Origin: a virus
Lineage: Duplodnaviria; Heunggongvirae; Uroviricota; Caudoviricetes
DNA length: 64,000 bases
Virus record (IMG/VR): IMGVR_UViG_3300001199_000002
Span: 112,062-176,061 of that record
Strand: one strand, 5' to 3'
A program made the position numbers and the translations under genes. Below the pieces are notes generated by a model, which did not search any database, was not told where the DNA came from, and saw only the letters and a program-made list of their open reading frames with translations. Positions 29,784 through 39,689 of this stretch are shown in pieces. The stretch's first letter is position 1; every line of letters starts with the position of its first letter.

Positions 29784-30744
29784 CTTCCTCTTCGAACACC
29801 TTTTCTCTACCCATGTTGGTGAGAATACGGCCCTTGTTTGTGATCTTAATCCACTGCTTTTCAAGCAGGAATGGTTCGATTCTATCCACGATCTCTTCCT
29901 TGCTGATCTTTAGATATCCAGCGAGGGTGGCGAGACTGGCGATGCCGTTGGTTGCAATGTATTCGAGATAGCTGCGATCCAGGTCATTAGCTCCGTTCTC
30001 ATCAATACCAAGAATAGAGTCCATTACACCTAGACGCTCTTGTGGACTTCCTTCATATACTACACTAACGTCAATGAAAGCTTCGCACAACTCCTCGCGT
30101 AGTTGTCTAATGCTACGACAACGCTTAGCGAGTTCTTCATAGATACTGAGGTCTTGTAGAACAACACCCTGGTTGGCGAGATGATCCATAGCAATACGGA
30201 TCTTATCCTCCATCGAATATGGTTCAAGATTAATCTTACGGAGTCGATTATGAATCGTCTCCTTGAGGCACGATGCGTCTGTGGTAGCAAATACGAATGA
30301 CAAGTTAGATGGTAGTGCTTCGCGCATTACGTCACCCTTGTCGATCCATCGTGTAATGCCATCACAGCAAAGAACGTTACCTACTTCCTTAGTTGCAACA
30401 GTACAGAGCACTGCTGGTTGTTCAAGGACTGACAGTAGATTCTCTTGAACCTTATTTGGAAGCATATGACATTCGTCGATGAATACGATATACTTCGTAT
30501 GCTTATCCTTGTCCGCTTCCTTAAAGTAAGCGCGGAACGCCAGCGCGTCACGGATAGCAGTGCCGTTGATGTAGATAACCTTCGCACCAAGCTCCTTTGC
30601 CCATTCAGTTACTAGGTGCGTCTTGCCATACCCAGAAGGACCGAAGATTCCCAACGGAGGCATATGCCCGGTACGGCTAAAGGTCTGTGCGACAAGTTCG
30701 AACATTTGCTTGGCCCTGAGTTGACCGACGACGTTATCTAGCAT
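29767..30744 (-). CDS. RuvB-like AAA+ ATPase (Holliday junction branch-migration helicase-like)
   Basis: GPSGYGKTHL Walker A; FIDECHML Walker B; C-terminal winged-helix region matches the RuvB domain III pattern. Confidence 0.55.
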   Translation of the reverse strand: MLDNVVGQLRAKQMFELVAQTFSRTGHMPPLGIFGPSGYGKTHLVTEWAKELGAKVIYINGTAIRDALAFRAYFKEADKDKHTKYIVFIDECHMLPNKVQENLLSVLEQPAVLCTVATKEVGNVLCCDGITRWIDKGDVMREALPSNLSFVFATTDASCLKETIHNRLRKINLEPYSMEDKIRIAMDHLANQGVVLQDLSIYEELAKRCRSIRQLREELCEAFIDVSVVYEGSPQERLGVMDSILGIDENGANDLDRSYLEYIATNGIASLATLAGYLKISKEEIVDRIEPFLLEKQWIKITNKGRILTNMGREKVFEEEDGKTE

Positions 30745-30747
30745 GTG

Positions 30748-31287
30748 CTAAGCCTTCCACCTGTTGGTTTGGTATTGAGTAAGTAGTCTTTCGAACAATG
30801 CAGCTAGCCCCTCCCACTCTGATCGTCCACGATCTTTTAGTTGAGCAGAAGCACGAGCGAAGCTGTATTCTTCTGGATTAAGTATAGCATAGAATCTTGA
30901 GGTTGTCAAGTCCTCAACATCGAATTCCTTACCAGATTGTGCCTTAAAGGATCTGAGCGTCTTGTTTTTTAGGATCTCTGTTGCCTCTTGACCAGATGTA
31001 ACGATCAATAGTGGCTTCATTATTTCAAGGATCTCTTTGAGAATAAGTCTATTCTCTTTTTGAGACAATCCTTGAACTATCTCTCTAGGCACACGATATG
31101 TTTCGTCTAATAGACCGAATCTTTTTAGCGCACCAGTCGTCCCATCTCGTTCTGGAATCGTATGATCATGATGAACAATCACCAATTTTGCATATACATT
31201 TCCAGTTCCAACATTCACGCTGGATTCTGGATACATTGATGCTATCCGAAACTGTAGATTATCTAGGATGAACTGTCGCTGGGTCAT
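30748..31287 (-). CDS. Hypothetical protein
   Basis: ORF. Confidence 0.4.
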   Translation of the reverse strand: MTQRQFILDNLQFRIASMYPESSVNVGTGNVYAKLVIVHHDHTIPERDGTTGALKRFGLLDETYRVPREIVQGLSQKENRLILKEILEIMKPLLIVTSGQEATEILKNKTLRSFKAQSGKEFDVEDLTTSRFYAILNPEEYSFARASAQLKDRGRSEWEGLAALFERLLTQYQTNRWKA

Positions 31288-32290
31288 TGCCGGTTCCGAT
31301 GAAGAGTTGCCTATTACTAAACCTGTTACCTTCTACGAAACCATTTGCATCCACCGATGCAGCATTAGCCTTTGTGGGCTCTGCATAATTGCTAGTTGTG
31401 CTATCAGCCATATCAGCCATATGCACTACCTGTGCCTCAATGGACTTTGGCGTGACTGGCGATCCGTGCTCTAGCTTTCCGTGGTGGGCGAGAATACAGT
31501 GGTGAATGTGGTCTTTGATTTCTTGTGGAACTTGTTTATGCAACACTTCATGCTCTAGGCGGTCGAACAATAGTGTAGACATAGCGTAGCTAATTGGAAG
31601 ATGTTCCAAAAGCATACCTTGTCTGGTGACCTTTGCCATTCCATTAGCGTCAATCTCATATGCATACATCTTTCCATGATCATGCATAATAACGCCAGCA
31701 ACTACAATGTCGTAGTCAATCTTTGCTTTGATGTGACCAGCGCCCTGAGTCTTGATTAGAAACTCTGCGTTCATCATCACCTTGGCAACGTGTTCAACAA
31801 GGCCACCACGATATGCTCCACGGTTGGAGTATGATGCTGGTGCCTGACAGAATCTCTTTTTGTGATCGTCAGTAGAGAAGACGAAGTTGAGATACTCTTT
31901 GATGTATGGATTGGTTACCTTACTTTTTGCATCTAGAAGAATTTGGTAGTAGGCATCACACTCTTGATCTGTTAGCCCATTTTGATTCTGATAGGGCGAC
32001 ATATCATCTGGTGCCTTTACAACCATTGGTGGTGTAGCAGTGGCGCTCTTACTGCCCTTATAGTCTTCGATCTTCAACTTGAAGACAGCGAATACTCCTG
32101 GCTTAAGATCCGAGATGTCTGCGGCGCTGGTCTGCCAGATATTGATAGGCAAGGAACCACTATTATCCTTCACCACAACCTTGACGAATGGCTTACCAGC
32201 TTTGGTAGTCTTAGACTCGACTTGGCTGACTAGACAAATCTGTTCTAGTTGTTCGTCTACAACCATTTCTCGTATTAGCTTGTATGTCAC
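31259..32290 (-). CDS. OB-fold + HD-domain phosphohydrolase (YhaM-like 3'-5' exonuclease)
   Basis: N-terminal OB-fold-like region; HD motif H..HDHGK...D; ILAHHG. Confidence 0.6.
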   Translation of the reverse strand: MTYKLIREMVVDEQLEQICLVSQVESKTTKAGKPFVKVVVKDNSGSLPINIWQTSAADISDLKPGVFAVFKLKIEDYKGSKSATATPPMVVKAPDDMSPYQNQNGLTDQECDAYYQILLDAKSKVTNPYIKEYLNFVFSTDDHKKRFCQAPASYSNRGAYRGGLVEHVAKVMMNAEFLIKTQGAGHIKAKIDYDIVVAGVIMHDHGKMYAYEIDANGMAKVTRQGMLLEHLPISYAMSTLLFDRLEHEVLHKQVPQEIKDHIHHCILAHHGKLEHGSPVTPKSIEAQVVHMADMADSTTSNYAEPTKANAASVDANGFVEGNRFSNRQLFIGTGNDPATVHPR

Positions 32291-32490
32291 TTGATTCTCT
32301 TACCAGTTCTATTGTATGTTGGTCTGTCAATTTCTTTGGCAAAACCTTCACTACATGCTGGGCAGTGTGGCACTGTCAGCGTAATGAATTGAATCTGATC
32401 TTGAACCTTAAGCTCAACATCTTCTGCCGACCATGCCGAATTACATCTACGACATTGACGGATTTGTATTGTCTTAGTTGTGAATGCCAT
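32287..32490 (-). CDS. Small zinc-ribbon protein
   Basis: CRRC...CPAC. Confidence 0.35.
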   Translation of the reverse strand: MAFTTKTIQIRQCRRCNSAWSAEDVELKVQDQIQFITLTVPHCPACSEGFAKEIDRPTYNRTGKRIK

Positions 32491-32700
32491 TTACGACAGA
32501 ACTCTAGCGTTGGCTCCGCTCATTGGATAGCGACACTTCTCACATGCTACGACTGTATTTGCATCAATGGTGACAGGAGGAAACTCCTCGACGATATCAC
32601 CATTCGCATTCTTAATTGGAACACCACTCACAAGATCAGACTCGTTGAGTACGTTGATTGCTCCACAGTTAGAGCACTTAATCTCGATTTTCCTGTTCAT
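32491..32700 (-). CDS. Small zinc-ribbon protein
   Basis: CSNCG...CEKC. Confidence 0.35.
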   Translation of the reverse strand: MNRKIEIKCSNCGAINVLNESDLVSGVPIKNANGDIVEEFPPVTIDANTVVACEKCRYPMSGANARVLS

Positions 32701-33304
32701 AGTATGCTACCCTCTCCCTCATTCTTTTTGAAAGCCTATCGATAGTCGTATACACGCTCGACTTTGACACATTGTAATTTCTTGCGATCTCTTGCAAAGT
32801 CTTCTCTTCGAAGACATGCTCTTTGAACATCGATACTTCGAGTGGTGAAAAACCACGGAAGTAGAATTCCTCAAACTCATTCTCTCCTACTTCGACACCA
32901 GATCCTACCGGGATGTCGATTGATCTCTCCTGGTCGTCGCTAGCTCCCCTCGGTTGGTCAATACGAACGACACCAATACTAGTCATCTCTGCTAGATGAT
33001 CTCTGGACTCTTTCTCTGAAATGCTTAGTTGATGACAATTCCTTTTGCAGAAGGTCTGCATGGCATTTAGAACATACATGTATGTGTAACTTGTCCATGC
33101 GCCTTTTGCTGGATCGAAGTTCTTGTATGCATTACACGCGGCTGCCATTCCCTCAGACACTAGGTCTTGTTGAGAAACAATGGGATGTTCTCTAGCGAAT
33201 CGATAAGACGATCGCAGCGCCTTATACGATAGAGTCTCAACCATTGTCTTAAAGTTCTTGTCTTCGATTAGCGATTCTAGTGTCGGTTTGCTAGGCTGAT
33301 TCAT
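32678..33304 (-). CDS. Sigma-70-family RNA polymerase sigma factor
   Basis: Region 2-like block; C-terminal region-4 HTH (LQEIARNYNVSKSSVYTTIDRLSKRMR). Confidence 0.6.
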   Translation of the reverse strand: MNQPSKPTLESLIEDKNFKTMVETLSYKALRSSYRFAREHPIVSQQDLVSEGMAAACNAYKNFDPAKGAWTSYTYMYVLNAMQTFCKRNCHQLSISEKESRDHLAEMTSIGVVRIDQPRGASDDQERSIDIPVGSGVEVGENEFEEFYFRGFSPLEVSMFKEHVFEEKTLQEIARNYNVSKSSVYTTIDRLSKRMRERVAYYEQENRD

Positions 33305-33705
33305 ACTTCTCCGTTATCTACATATGACTGCACGGCAGAAACCATCATGTCTATCCAGGTCTGTTTCTGTTCGGCTGTCATGTTTTTGAATTCGATCACG
33401 ATACTAGCGTGACCAGATGTCGGTATACTCTCTAGTGCCTCTTCCCTCTCCGCAGCCTTTGCTGACCATAGTGGTTTATTTGACTTCGCATCTAGAACAA
33501 AGATGCCTATGAGATTGTTATCACCCTCACACTCGAACAAGAAGCTCTGTAGTTGTTCGAACTTAATCTTTGTTCTGACTGGATCAGAACCCCTATACAG
33601 GGTCATTACCAGAATTTCTGATAGGGGTTGAAAACCTTGGCGGGCGAGATGGTCTCTAAGACCTTTTACTTGAGTCCAGTTGATTCGCAGCATCATACTA
33701 CTCAC
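33301..33705 (-). CDS. Hypothetical protein
   Basis: ORF. Confidence 0.4.
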   Translation of the reverse strand: MSSMMLRINWTQVKGLRDHLARQGFQPLSEILVMTLYRGSDPVRTKIKFEQLQSFLFECEGDNNLIGIFVLDAKSNKPLWSAKAAEREEALESIPTSGHASIVIEFKNMTAEQKQTWIDMMVSAVQSYVDNGEV

Positions 33706-33883
33706 CTTTGTAGAAAGGGTCGTTCGTTACCTCACCCCAAAGGACCATTTCATCAACATCGTCGAGACGGTTGTTGACTACAAATCGTTGAGGTTGACTC
33801 CGCTGCGGACTGGTGGACAGGCACCTATGAAGGATGCCGATTAGGATGCCCACCAAAAAGACAACTACGTACCAGAGTGTCAT
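33698..33883 (-). CDS. Small membrane protein
   Basis: TM helix; promoter-like motif immediately upstream. Confidence 0.35.
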   Translation of the reverse strand: MTLWYVVVFLVGILIGILHRCLSTSPQRSQPQRFVVNNRLDDVDEMVLWGEVTNDPFYKGE

Positions 33884-33904
33884 ATGTAAGTATACACTAA
33901 GGGG

Positions 33905-34396
33905 CTAGGCGAGCAATTTTTTCACACCAAACTCGTCCACCACATAGTGACCCATACCCCAGGTTACAAATGGCGACTTGAGTTGCCACATGATCCTTGT
34001 ACGATACCTCAGTAGTTTATTACTAAGGTCTCGCAATGATGTATTGGTAGTTTCAATCTCTTCAATCTCTGGAGAGAAATAGTTAGCGCCACTTACAATT
34101 GCTATGTCGCGGATAACTCGACGCGGACAATAGCCAATAACGTAGAACGTCTTAGGATCAGGTGCGGCGGAGTTTAGATTGATATCTCTAGTTGACGAGC
34201 CAATCAACTTAGCTTCTAGTCCAAAGCCATTGCTTAGCTGTACATCAGGTGAACTTTCTACGTTACGGTAACACTTAGTGTCTTGAACCTTGGCAAGCCG
34301 ATAAATGAGCGCTTCAAAATCCTTCCAGCTTTGGATCTGGAGTTGACTAGCTCTTATGTCGTGTACCAGTTTTTGCAGACTGAACGTCTCTTCCAT
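33905..34396 (-). CDS. Hypothetical protein
   Basis: ORF. Confidence 0.4.
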   Translation of the reverse strand: MEETFSLQKLVHDIRASQLQIQSWKDFEALIYRLAKVQDTKCYRNVESSPDVQLSNGFGLEAKLIGSSTRDINLNSAAPDPKTFYVIGYCPRRVIRDIAIVSGANYFSPEIEEIETTNTSLRDLSNKLLRYRTRIMWQLKSPFVTWGMGHYVVDEFGVKKLLA

Positions 34397-34682
34397 TGGT
34401 AAGCTTTAGAGTTTCTAGCTCTTTGTTTTTGTCTTCTAGCATGCGCTCATACGTGGCACGTAAACTGGCGATTCCGTGAATATCAGATTTTAGCGCATCA
34501 ACTAGCTCTGTCATGAACTTGAGATCAAGCATGACACGACAGAGCGTAAGCTCGTCTTCCTGAGACCCAACACCTTGCTTAAGGCGTATACGTCTAGCCA
34601 TTCCCGCGACGAGATCGAGATTGGCCATCATATCACGAGGACTCAGCGTCGTGAGATATACTTCAAGCTGTTCCGGTGTCAC
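34347..34682 (-). CDS. Hypothetical protein
   Basis: ORF. Confidence 0.35.
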   Translation of the reverse strand: MTPEQLEVYLTTLSPRDMMANLDLVAGMARRIRLKQGVGSQEDELTLCRVMLDLKFMTELVDALKSDIHGIASLRATYERMLEDKNKELETLKLTNGRDVQSAKTGTRHKS

Positions 34683-34957
34683 GCGCCGAGCTTGGTAAGA
34701 AGAGCTTCTAGATGCTTAGTAAGATCAGGATGCCCGTTCTTCTGGCACTGTCGCACGGTAGCAGCCAATGCCATCAGTTCACCTAGATGATCTGGTGATG
34801 GAACGTTTGGTGCTGGTGTGCTACGACGATCTTCACCACTACGACGATCCACCTTTGGAGGACCATCCGTAAGTTCGCCACGTCTTGCTTGCTCTAGACC
34901 CTTCTGAACATCGGAATTCTCACGCGCTCTACGTTCCTTGTCTGGATCGAAAATCAT
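34679..34957 (-). CDS. Hypothetical protein
   Basis: ORF. Confidence 0.35.
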   Translation of the reverse strand: MIFDPDKERRARENSDVQKGLEQARRGELTDGPPKVDRRSGEDRRSTPAPNVPSPDHLGELMALAATVRQCQKNGHPDLTKHLEALLTKLGA

Positions 34958-35565
34958 GATTGGTTCTCCTTCTTTAGATCAGCCACAAACTCGGCGAACG
35001 CTGCATCTCTGGTAAGAGTCCCAGCCGCGATACGATTCTGTTGTTCTGTGGTCACACGAAATCTACGACCTGTAAGTGTGCGAAAGTTCTCGGTCGTCAA
35101 CTGTTCTGGCGTAACACCAGCGGGTAGATGAAAACGTGGAGCCTTCGGGCTAGTCTGAGTTTGCGACTCAGGATTCTTCTGTTGCTCTTCCATTGCAGTC
35201 TCCTTTTGCTTTAGTTCATCGACTGTATGTTTTAGTCGATAGATAAATTCTATGTCAAACTTTGCGTTAGGTGCTTCTTTAGGTAGCGCGAGTGGCCAAG
35301 CCGCTCTGCCAACAAACAAACTAGGCAGCCTATGCTTTGCTACGTCTTTGATTTGGTTTCTACTTCTGTCTCTAATTGCATCTAACACCTTCAACTTCTT
35401 CCACTCATCAGTATCGTAGACGTGGAACAAGTAGTCTCTTACAACCTGATTTAGTATCGGCGTTTGCATTGTGTTGACATTCCACTGAATACCAACAAAG
35501 CCTCCAAGAACATAGGCGTAGAACTCTACATCCTTACTTGGAAACGCAACAGGCTGTCGTACCAC
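34954..35565 (-). CDS. Hypothetical protein
   Basis: ORF. Confidence 0.4.
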   Translation of the reverse strand: MVRQPVAFPSKDVEFYAYVLGGFVGIQWNVNTMQTPILNQVVRDYLFHVYDTDEWKKLKVLDAIRDRSRNQIKDVAKHRLPSLFVGRAAWPLALPKEAPNAKFDIEFIYRLKHTVDELKQKETAMEEQQKNPESQTQTSPKAPRFHLPAGVTPEQLTTENFRTLTGRRFRVTTEQQNRIAAGTLTRDAAFAEFVADLKKENQS

Positions 35566-35566
35566 G

Positions 35567-35848
35567 TTATGGCTTTCTCACTAGTCCGTTGATGCGGCTC
35601 AGGCGATAAGTGCGCACACCGCGATCATTATCATCAACTCGATAGAGATTCACACCAGCGAATACCCACTCTCCGTCCTTGGTGCGACGAAGGCTGTTGT
35701 TAATCACTCGAACGATTGGACGTTGCTCGACATCACCACTAGCAGATTCTGGTGCGAAGTAGTCGAACACCAACACTTGCGCTCCAACGAATTTATTAAG
35801 ATTCGCAGCACGAACCTTGTTGAGATTAACGACTTTGTTGCTTGTCAT
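35567..35848 (-). CDS. Hypothetical protein
   Basis: ORF. Confidence 0.4.
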   Translation of the reverse strand: MTSNKVVNLNKVRAANLNKFVGAQVLVFDYFAPESASGDVEQRPIVRVINNSLRRTKDGEWVFAGVNLYRVDDNDRGVRTYRLSRINGLVRKP

Positions 35849-35945
35849 TGTTTTCCTTTCGTAAGTTACCTAATAGGGTTTGGGCCTGGATAGAAGTCCT
35901 GTCCAGTAAATCTCCAATGAGACACCCAGACCCTATATGGTTCGC

Positions 35946-36338
35946 TCAGTTAGAGCGTGCTCGCGCAAACACCTTACCGATGTTGTATGCGCGCTTAGCT
36001 CCCATCTCGTCAGTTGGGAACAGGGCTGCGTAAGCAGCGGCGAACTCGGCTGGAAGATCCGTAGCACCGAGATTAGGGACAAGAGTCCATGAGTGCTTCT
36101 GAGCACGACCGAAGATGCGATTACGCACCTTCATACGCCCCATTGCGCGAACGAACTGATCCTTGCGCGAGCAAGTGGAACGCGCCACAAGAAGATGGCC
36201 ATCCGCAGTAACGGCGATACCGTTAGTACGAGTGCGCTTCTTGCTGTCCTTATCATACCAGAAAAGAACCTGGGTCGCAAGACCATTGCTCTTCTCTTCA
36301 TCGCTTCGACGATCCACAAACTTGTTTACTTCAGTCAT
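35946..36338 (-). CDS. Hypothetical protein
   Basis: ORF. Confidence 0.4.
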   Translation of the reverse strand: MTEVNKFVDRRSDEEKSNGLATQVLFWYDKDSKKRTRTNGIAVTADGHLLVARSTCSRKDQFVRAMGRMKVRNRIFGRAQKHSWTLVPNLGATDLPAEFAAAYAALFPTDEMGAKRAYNIGKVFARARSN

Positions 36339-36778
36339 ACTACTACTCCTAGTGCTTTACGCACTATTTCTAAGTGATCTGCTGCAAGTGATTGCAACTC
36401 TGTTACTCGAAACCATCTGGCTTCCTCCGCATCATCGCCAGCACATACTTCCGTGTGTTCGAACCGATCAACTACGGCTGTGTAAACAACCGAGATGATT
36501 CGATCGCGGGGATCACGATTCAGTCTACCGACTGCAACTACTTGTTGCAAATCGCTAGATGGAATATCTAAGCCTGTCTCTTCATATAGTTCACGCGCGG
36601 CACCAACCTCCAGTTCCTCATCCATTTCAAGGAAGCCACCGGGGATTGCCCACATGCCTTTGAAGGGTTCATTCTTTCGTTTGATGAGCAGAACCTTTGG
36701 GATCTTGTCGTCATCATGCATATCGAAGATTACCGCATCAACTGTTACTGCCGGTCTTGGGAACTGATACTGGAACAT
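36335..36778 (-). CDS. NUDIX hydrolase (MutT-like)
   Basis: Nudix box GGFLEMDEELEVGAARELYEETGL. Confidence 0.8.
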   Translation of the reverse strand: MFQYQFPRPAVTVDAVIFDMHDDDKIPKVLLIKRKNEPFKGMWAIPGGFLEMDEELEVGAARELYEETGLDIPSSDLQQVVAVGRLNRDPRDRIISVVYTAVVDRFEHTEVCAGDDAEEARWFRVTELQSLAADHLEIVRKALGVVV

Positions 36779-36781
36779 TGT

Positions 36782-36991
36782 TTACTTTGATCCGTCTGAG
36801 GCGTTTTTACCGCCATAATCTTTTGAGTAGAAGCCAGTTCCTTTGAAGATCACACCAGCACCTGGGCCAATCAATCTCACCAGCTTTAGCTTACCACAGT
36901 TTGGGCACTTACGCTTTGGATGTTCCGACATTTTCTGAAACATCTCTAGTGCTTCACCACAAGCATTACAAATATAGTCGTATGTTGGCAT
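36782..36991 (-). CDS. FmdB-family zinc-ribbon protein
   Basis: MPTYDYICNACG...CPNCG. Confidence 0.55.
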   Translation of the reverse strand: MPTYDYICNACGEALEMFQKMSEHPKRKCPNCGKLKLVRLIGPGAGVIFKGTGFYSKDYGGKNASDGSK

Positions 36992-37527
36992 TACACACAG
37001 AGAAGAACTACGCCAGTAATCGCCGCAATCATCAGAGCGGAGAATAGCATGCCGTATCTAATACCCCTCATGAAGTTATCCTGCGCTGTTTGAGCAATCA
37101 AACGTTCGCCAAGTTCTAGCATACGGCTATATGAAGCTTCTTGTTCAGTTTTCATATTTGTGAAATCTGACTTCTCGATATTGCTAGCGGCTTCTGGCGT
37201 CAAGAAGCGAGCCCTAAATGAAGCCTCAATCTTGTCGATCATGACCCATAGATAGTTCTCTGGACTTAGTTGTTCGCCAGAGTAGTCAGCGTTAACCATT
37301 GAGCCATGGCATACGATCTTAGTATTGTCTTCTTCATCTAGAGAAACAAAGATGATGCCCTTTGTCTCACAACCCATAACTTCCCACGAGATCACTCCAT
37401 GGTTCTCTACAATCTTAGACATCAGTTCTTTGATGTCGTAGTTCATGGTCGTTGAAGTGTCAACGCTCAACTGTCCAGTATGGAGTGCGAACTTATTCAT
37501 TGTTAATTGCCACCCTCTTATTTCCAT
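36991..37527 (-). CDS. Hypothetical protein with C-terminal TM helix
   Basis: ORF. Confidence 0.4.
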   Translation of the reverse strand: MEIRGWQLTMNKFALHTGQLSVDTSTTMNYDIKELMSKIVENHGVISWEVMGCETKGIIFVSLDEEDNTKIVCHGSMVNADYSGEQLSPENYLWVMIDKIEASFRARFLTPEAASNIEKSDFTNMKTEQEASYSRMLELGERLIAQTAQDNFMRGIRYGMLFSALMIAAITGVVLLCV

Positions 37528-37825
37528 CAGATGTGGTGTTCATGTTGAAACTATTGAGTCGTGACATTCTATTCGTTTCTGCACTAAGATTGCTATAGAA
37601 CTCATATGTTGCTTCGCATAGCACTATGTGAAGCTTACTATCTACGTGATGTGCGGTATCAACCGTGAACCACGACGTGCCATAGTTAAGGTCTTCATCA
37701 TTTGTAAAGAACTGAATCTGTTTAGTTACAAAGCGGAACTTTCGCCAATTGAACTTAGTTAATTCAACTAGAATCAACCAGCCACCACTCTTGAGCTTCT
37801 GACTATCTATTAGTTTTGCTTCCAT
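37493..37825 (-). CDS. Hypothetical protein
   Basis: ORF. Confidence 0.35.
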   Translation of the reverse strand: MEAKLIDSQKLKSGGWLILVELTKFNWRKFRFVTKQIQFFTNDEDLNYGTSWFTVDTAHHVDSKLHIVLCEATYEFYSNLSAETNRMSRLNSFNMNTTSDGNKRVAINNE

Positions 37826-37828
37826 AGT

Positions 37829-38959
37829 TCACTCATGCTTTAGCAACCACTCGTTGCTGATTGCTTTGAAGCTAAGGCTTCCATCCAAAGCCTTGAATAC
37901 CAACCCTTCTCGCATGGTATTGCCATTCAACGCACTAACTCCATCGGCAAGAGTGAGAACACTATCAAGACTCATCGGAGTATCCTGATTCCAAACCATG
38001 ATAGGCACATGCTTTAGTCCGAGTTCGTGCGCAAGCTCGAAACGTTCGCGAGCACCTAGATACTTCTTTGCATCAATATCGTAGATGTCGAACACGTAGA
38101 ACTCTTGCTTGGCGAGATGGTATTTATTGCCCTGGATTGCAGGCCCGATGATCTCACCCTGAATGGCGATGTTACGTCCCAGTTCCCAAAGCTTATTGAC
38201 CAGATCGCTCTCTCTTAGAGTCTTGCTGTATACGTTATCATCGTCCTTCTGCATCTCCCAATTGCGGGATGCTACACCTACGACATCCTTCTTGAGACGT
38301 TCTACTTCTTCTGGCTTGCTGATATCATATCCCTGACCATCAAGCTTCTTGCCGAGACCCACAATCTCTTGTGTGATGAATGACCAGATGGTGCAGCTAG
38401 TTCCATCCAGCTTCTCTGTTACTTCAAAGTCCGAGATATTTCTGCCGTTCAACACATCTGTAATGTTCTGGATTCGTTCTTGATCTGTCTTTGGCACTAG
38501 GTGCGTTGGGAATGTTCCAGCCTGCTTACCACCAGTAGGAAGGGGTGGCTCGTACTTCTGAACACCTAGAACAGTAGTGAGTTCTTCGCCAGCACCTACA
38601 CGAGCGACTTCATCAGGAGTCAGACTCGTCGCCGGTATAAGAAGCCCTTGCGATAGAGTTCCTTTAAGACGGATGGTCTTGATGCGCGCGAACGGTGTGA
38701 CCTTGCCCTTAGCCAGGAATGCAAAGCGTGGATCAGTTGCGGGCAGCATCGAATCAATTTCGAAGTATACGCCCTCATCACCCACATTGAATTCGCCCTT
38801 CTTAACAACGCACTGCCAGCCATCGATACGGGCAAGTTCAATACGATCAGCCCCAGCGATAGGTGCCAGTTCGCGAACTACTCTCTTTGTTGCTAGTTGT
38901 CTCATAGTGCTAGAACTCCAAGCATTACTACTACCACGGCGATGAATCCAATTACGCAC
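37829..38959 (-). CDS. ATP-dependent RNA ligase (DraRnl/Rnl5-like: N-terminal extension + nucleotidyltransferase domain)
   Basis: Motif I KLDGTS near residue 183; motif IV EGLVFK; roughly 180-aa N-terminal domain precedes the NTase domain. Confidence 0.6.
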   Translation of the reverse strand: MRNWIHRRGSSNAWSSSTMRQLATKRVVRELAPIAGADRIELARIDGWQCVVKKGEFNVGDEGVYFEIDSMLPATDPRFAFLAKGKVTPFARIKTIRLKGTLSQGLLIPATSLTPDEVARVGAGEELTTVLGVQKYEPPLPTGGKQAGTFPTHLVPKTDQERIQNITDVLNGRNISDFEVTEKLDGTSCTIWSFITQEIVGLGKKLDGQGYDISKPEEVERLKKDVVGVASRNWEMQKDDDNVYSKTLRESDLVNKLWELGRNIAIQGEIIGPAIQGNKYHLAKQEFYVFDIYDIDAKKYLGARERFELAHELGLKHVPIMVWNQDTPMSLDSVLTLADGVSALNGNTMREGLVFKALDGSLSFKAISNEWLLKHE

Positions 38960-39285
38960 GCACCAAGATTTCTCATCATGAAATACTTTGCTGCCATATT
39001 TTGGTGACCGGCAAGAGCATCATCATATGAGGTATAGCGTTGCTGTTCAATTCCTCTGTAGCTGTTTCCACGAAACACCATTGTTTCGAACAACACCGGC
39101 TTTGGTTCGCCAGATCCGATATCGTCTGATAGAATTCCATGATCGATACCAAGGAACACCGTTGAGACGGACCATGGCCAGAATGTTTCTTGCTTTACGA
39201 TCCGACGAGGATCGTTCATCCAACCGGCACACTCCTGCATTGTGGCAGGCTTTGGTTGGTTATCGTCGTCTAGGATGTAGAACAT
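38902..39285 (-). CDS. Hypothetical protein, C-terminal TM helix
   Basis: ORF. Confidence 0.35.
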   Translation of the reverse strand: MFYILDDDNQPKPATMQECAGWMNDPRRIVKQETFWPWSVSTVFLGIDHGILSDDIGSGEPKPVLFETMVFRGNSYRGIEQQRYTSYDDALAGHQNMAAKYFMMRNLGACVIGFIAVVVVMLGVLAL

Positions 39286-39689
39286 TACTTCTTCTCAGTG
39301 AGAACAATCTCTGGAACACGAATTCGAACAGTCTCAGTACCGTCAGGACTAGTAAGCTCTACCACATAGGCGCGCATTACAACCTCTTCCCTAGTCATGC
39401 TATTGATCCAAGTGGCCATCCCCTGGACTTCTACAATCTTAGCATCATATGGAATGTCCTCAACCACAACAGCATCTCCAACCTTAAACTTAGTTGGCTG
39501 TTCTACTGGAACTTCCACGGTTGGTTCAACTGGCTTTGTGACTGGCACAACTGGTTCTGAACATGCTACAAGTGTAGCTAACAGCAGCAAAGAAACATTC
39601 TTCATACACAACTCCTTTATTGTTCGAATCTTCGTGCCATCCTCAAAATGGCATCTCGCGGCACCCCATGAGTGTTGCGCTTTGCGCAC
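39285..39689 (-). CDS. Putative lipoprotein
   Basis: LLLLATLVACSEP lipobox. Confidence 0.4.
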   Translation of the reverse strand: MRKAQHSWGAARCHFEDGTKIRTIKELCMKNVSLLLLATLVACSEPVVPVTKPVEPTVEVPVEQPTKFKVGDAVVVEDIPYDAKIVEVQGMATWINSMTREEVVMRAYVVELTSPDGTETVRIRVPEIVLTEKK

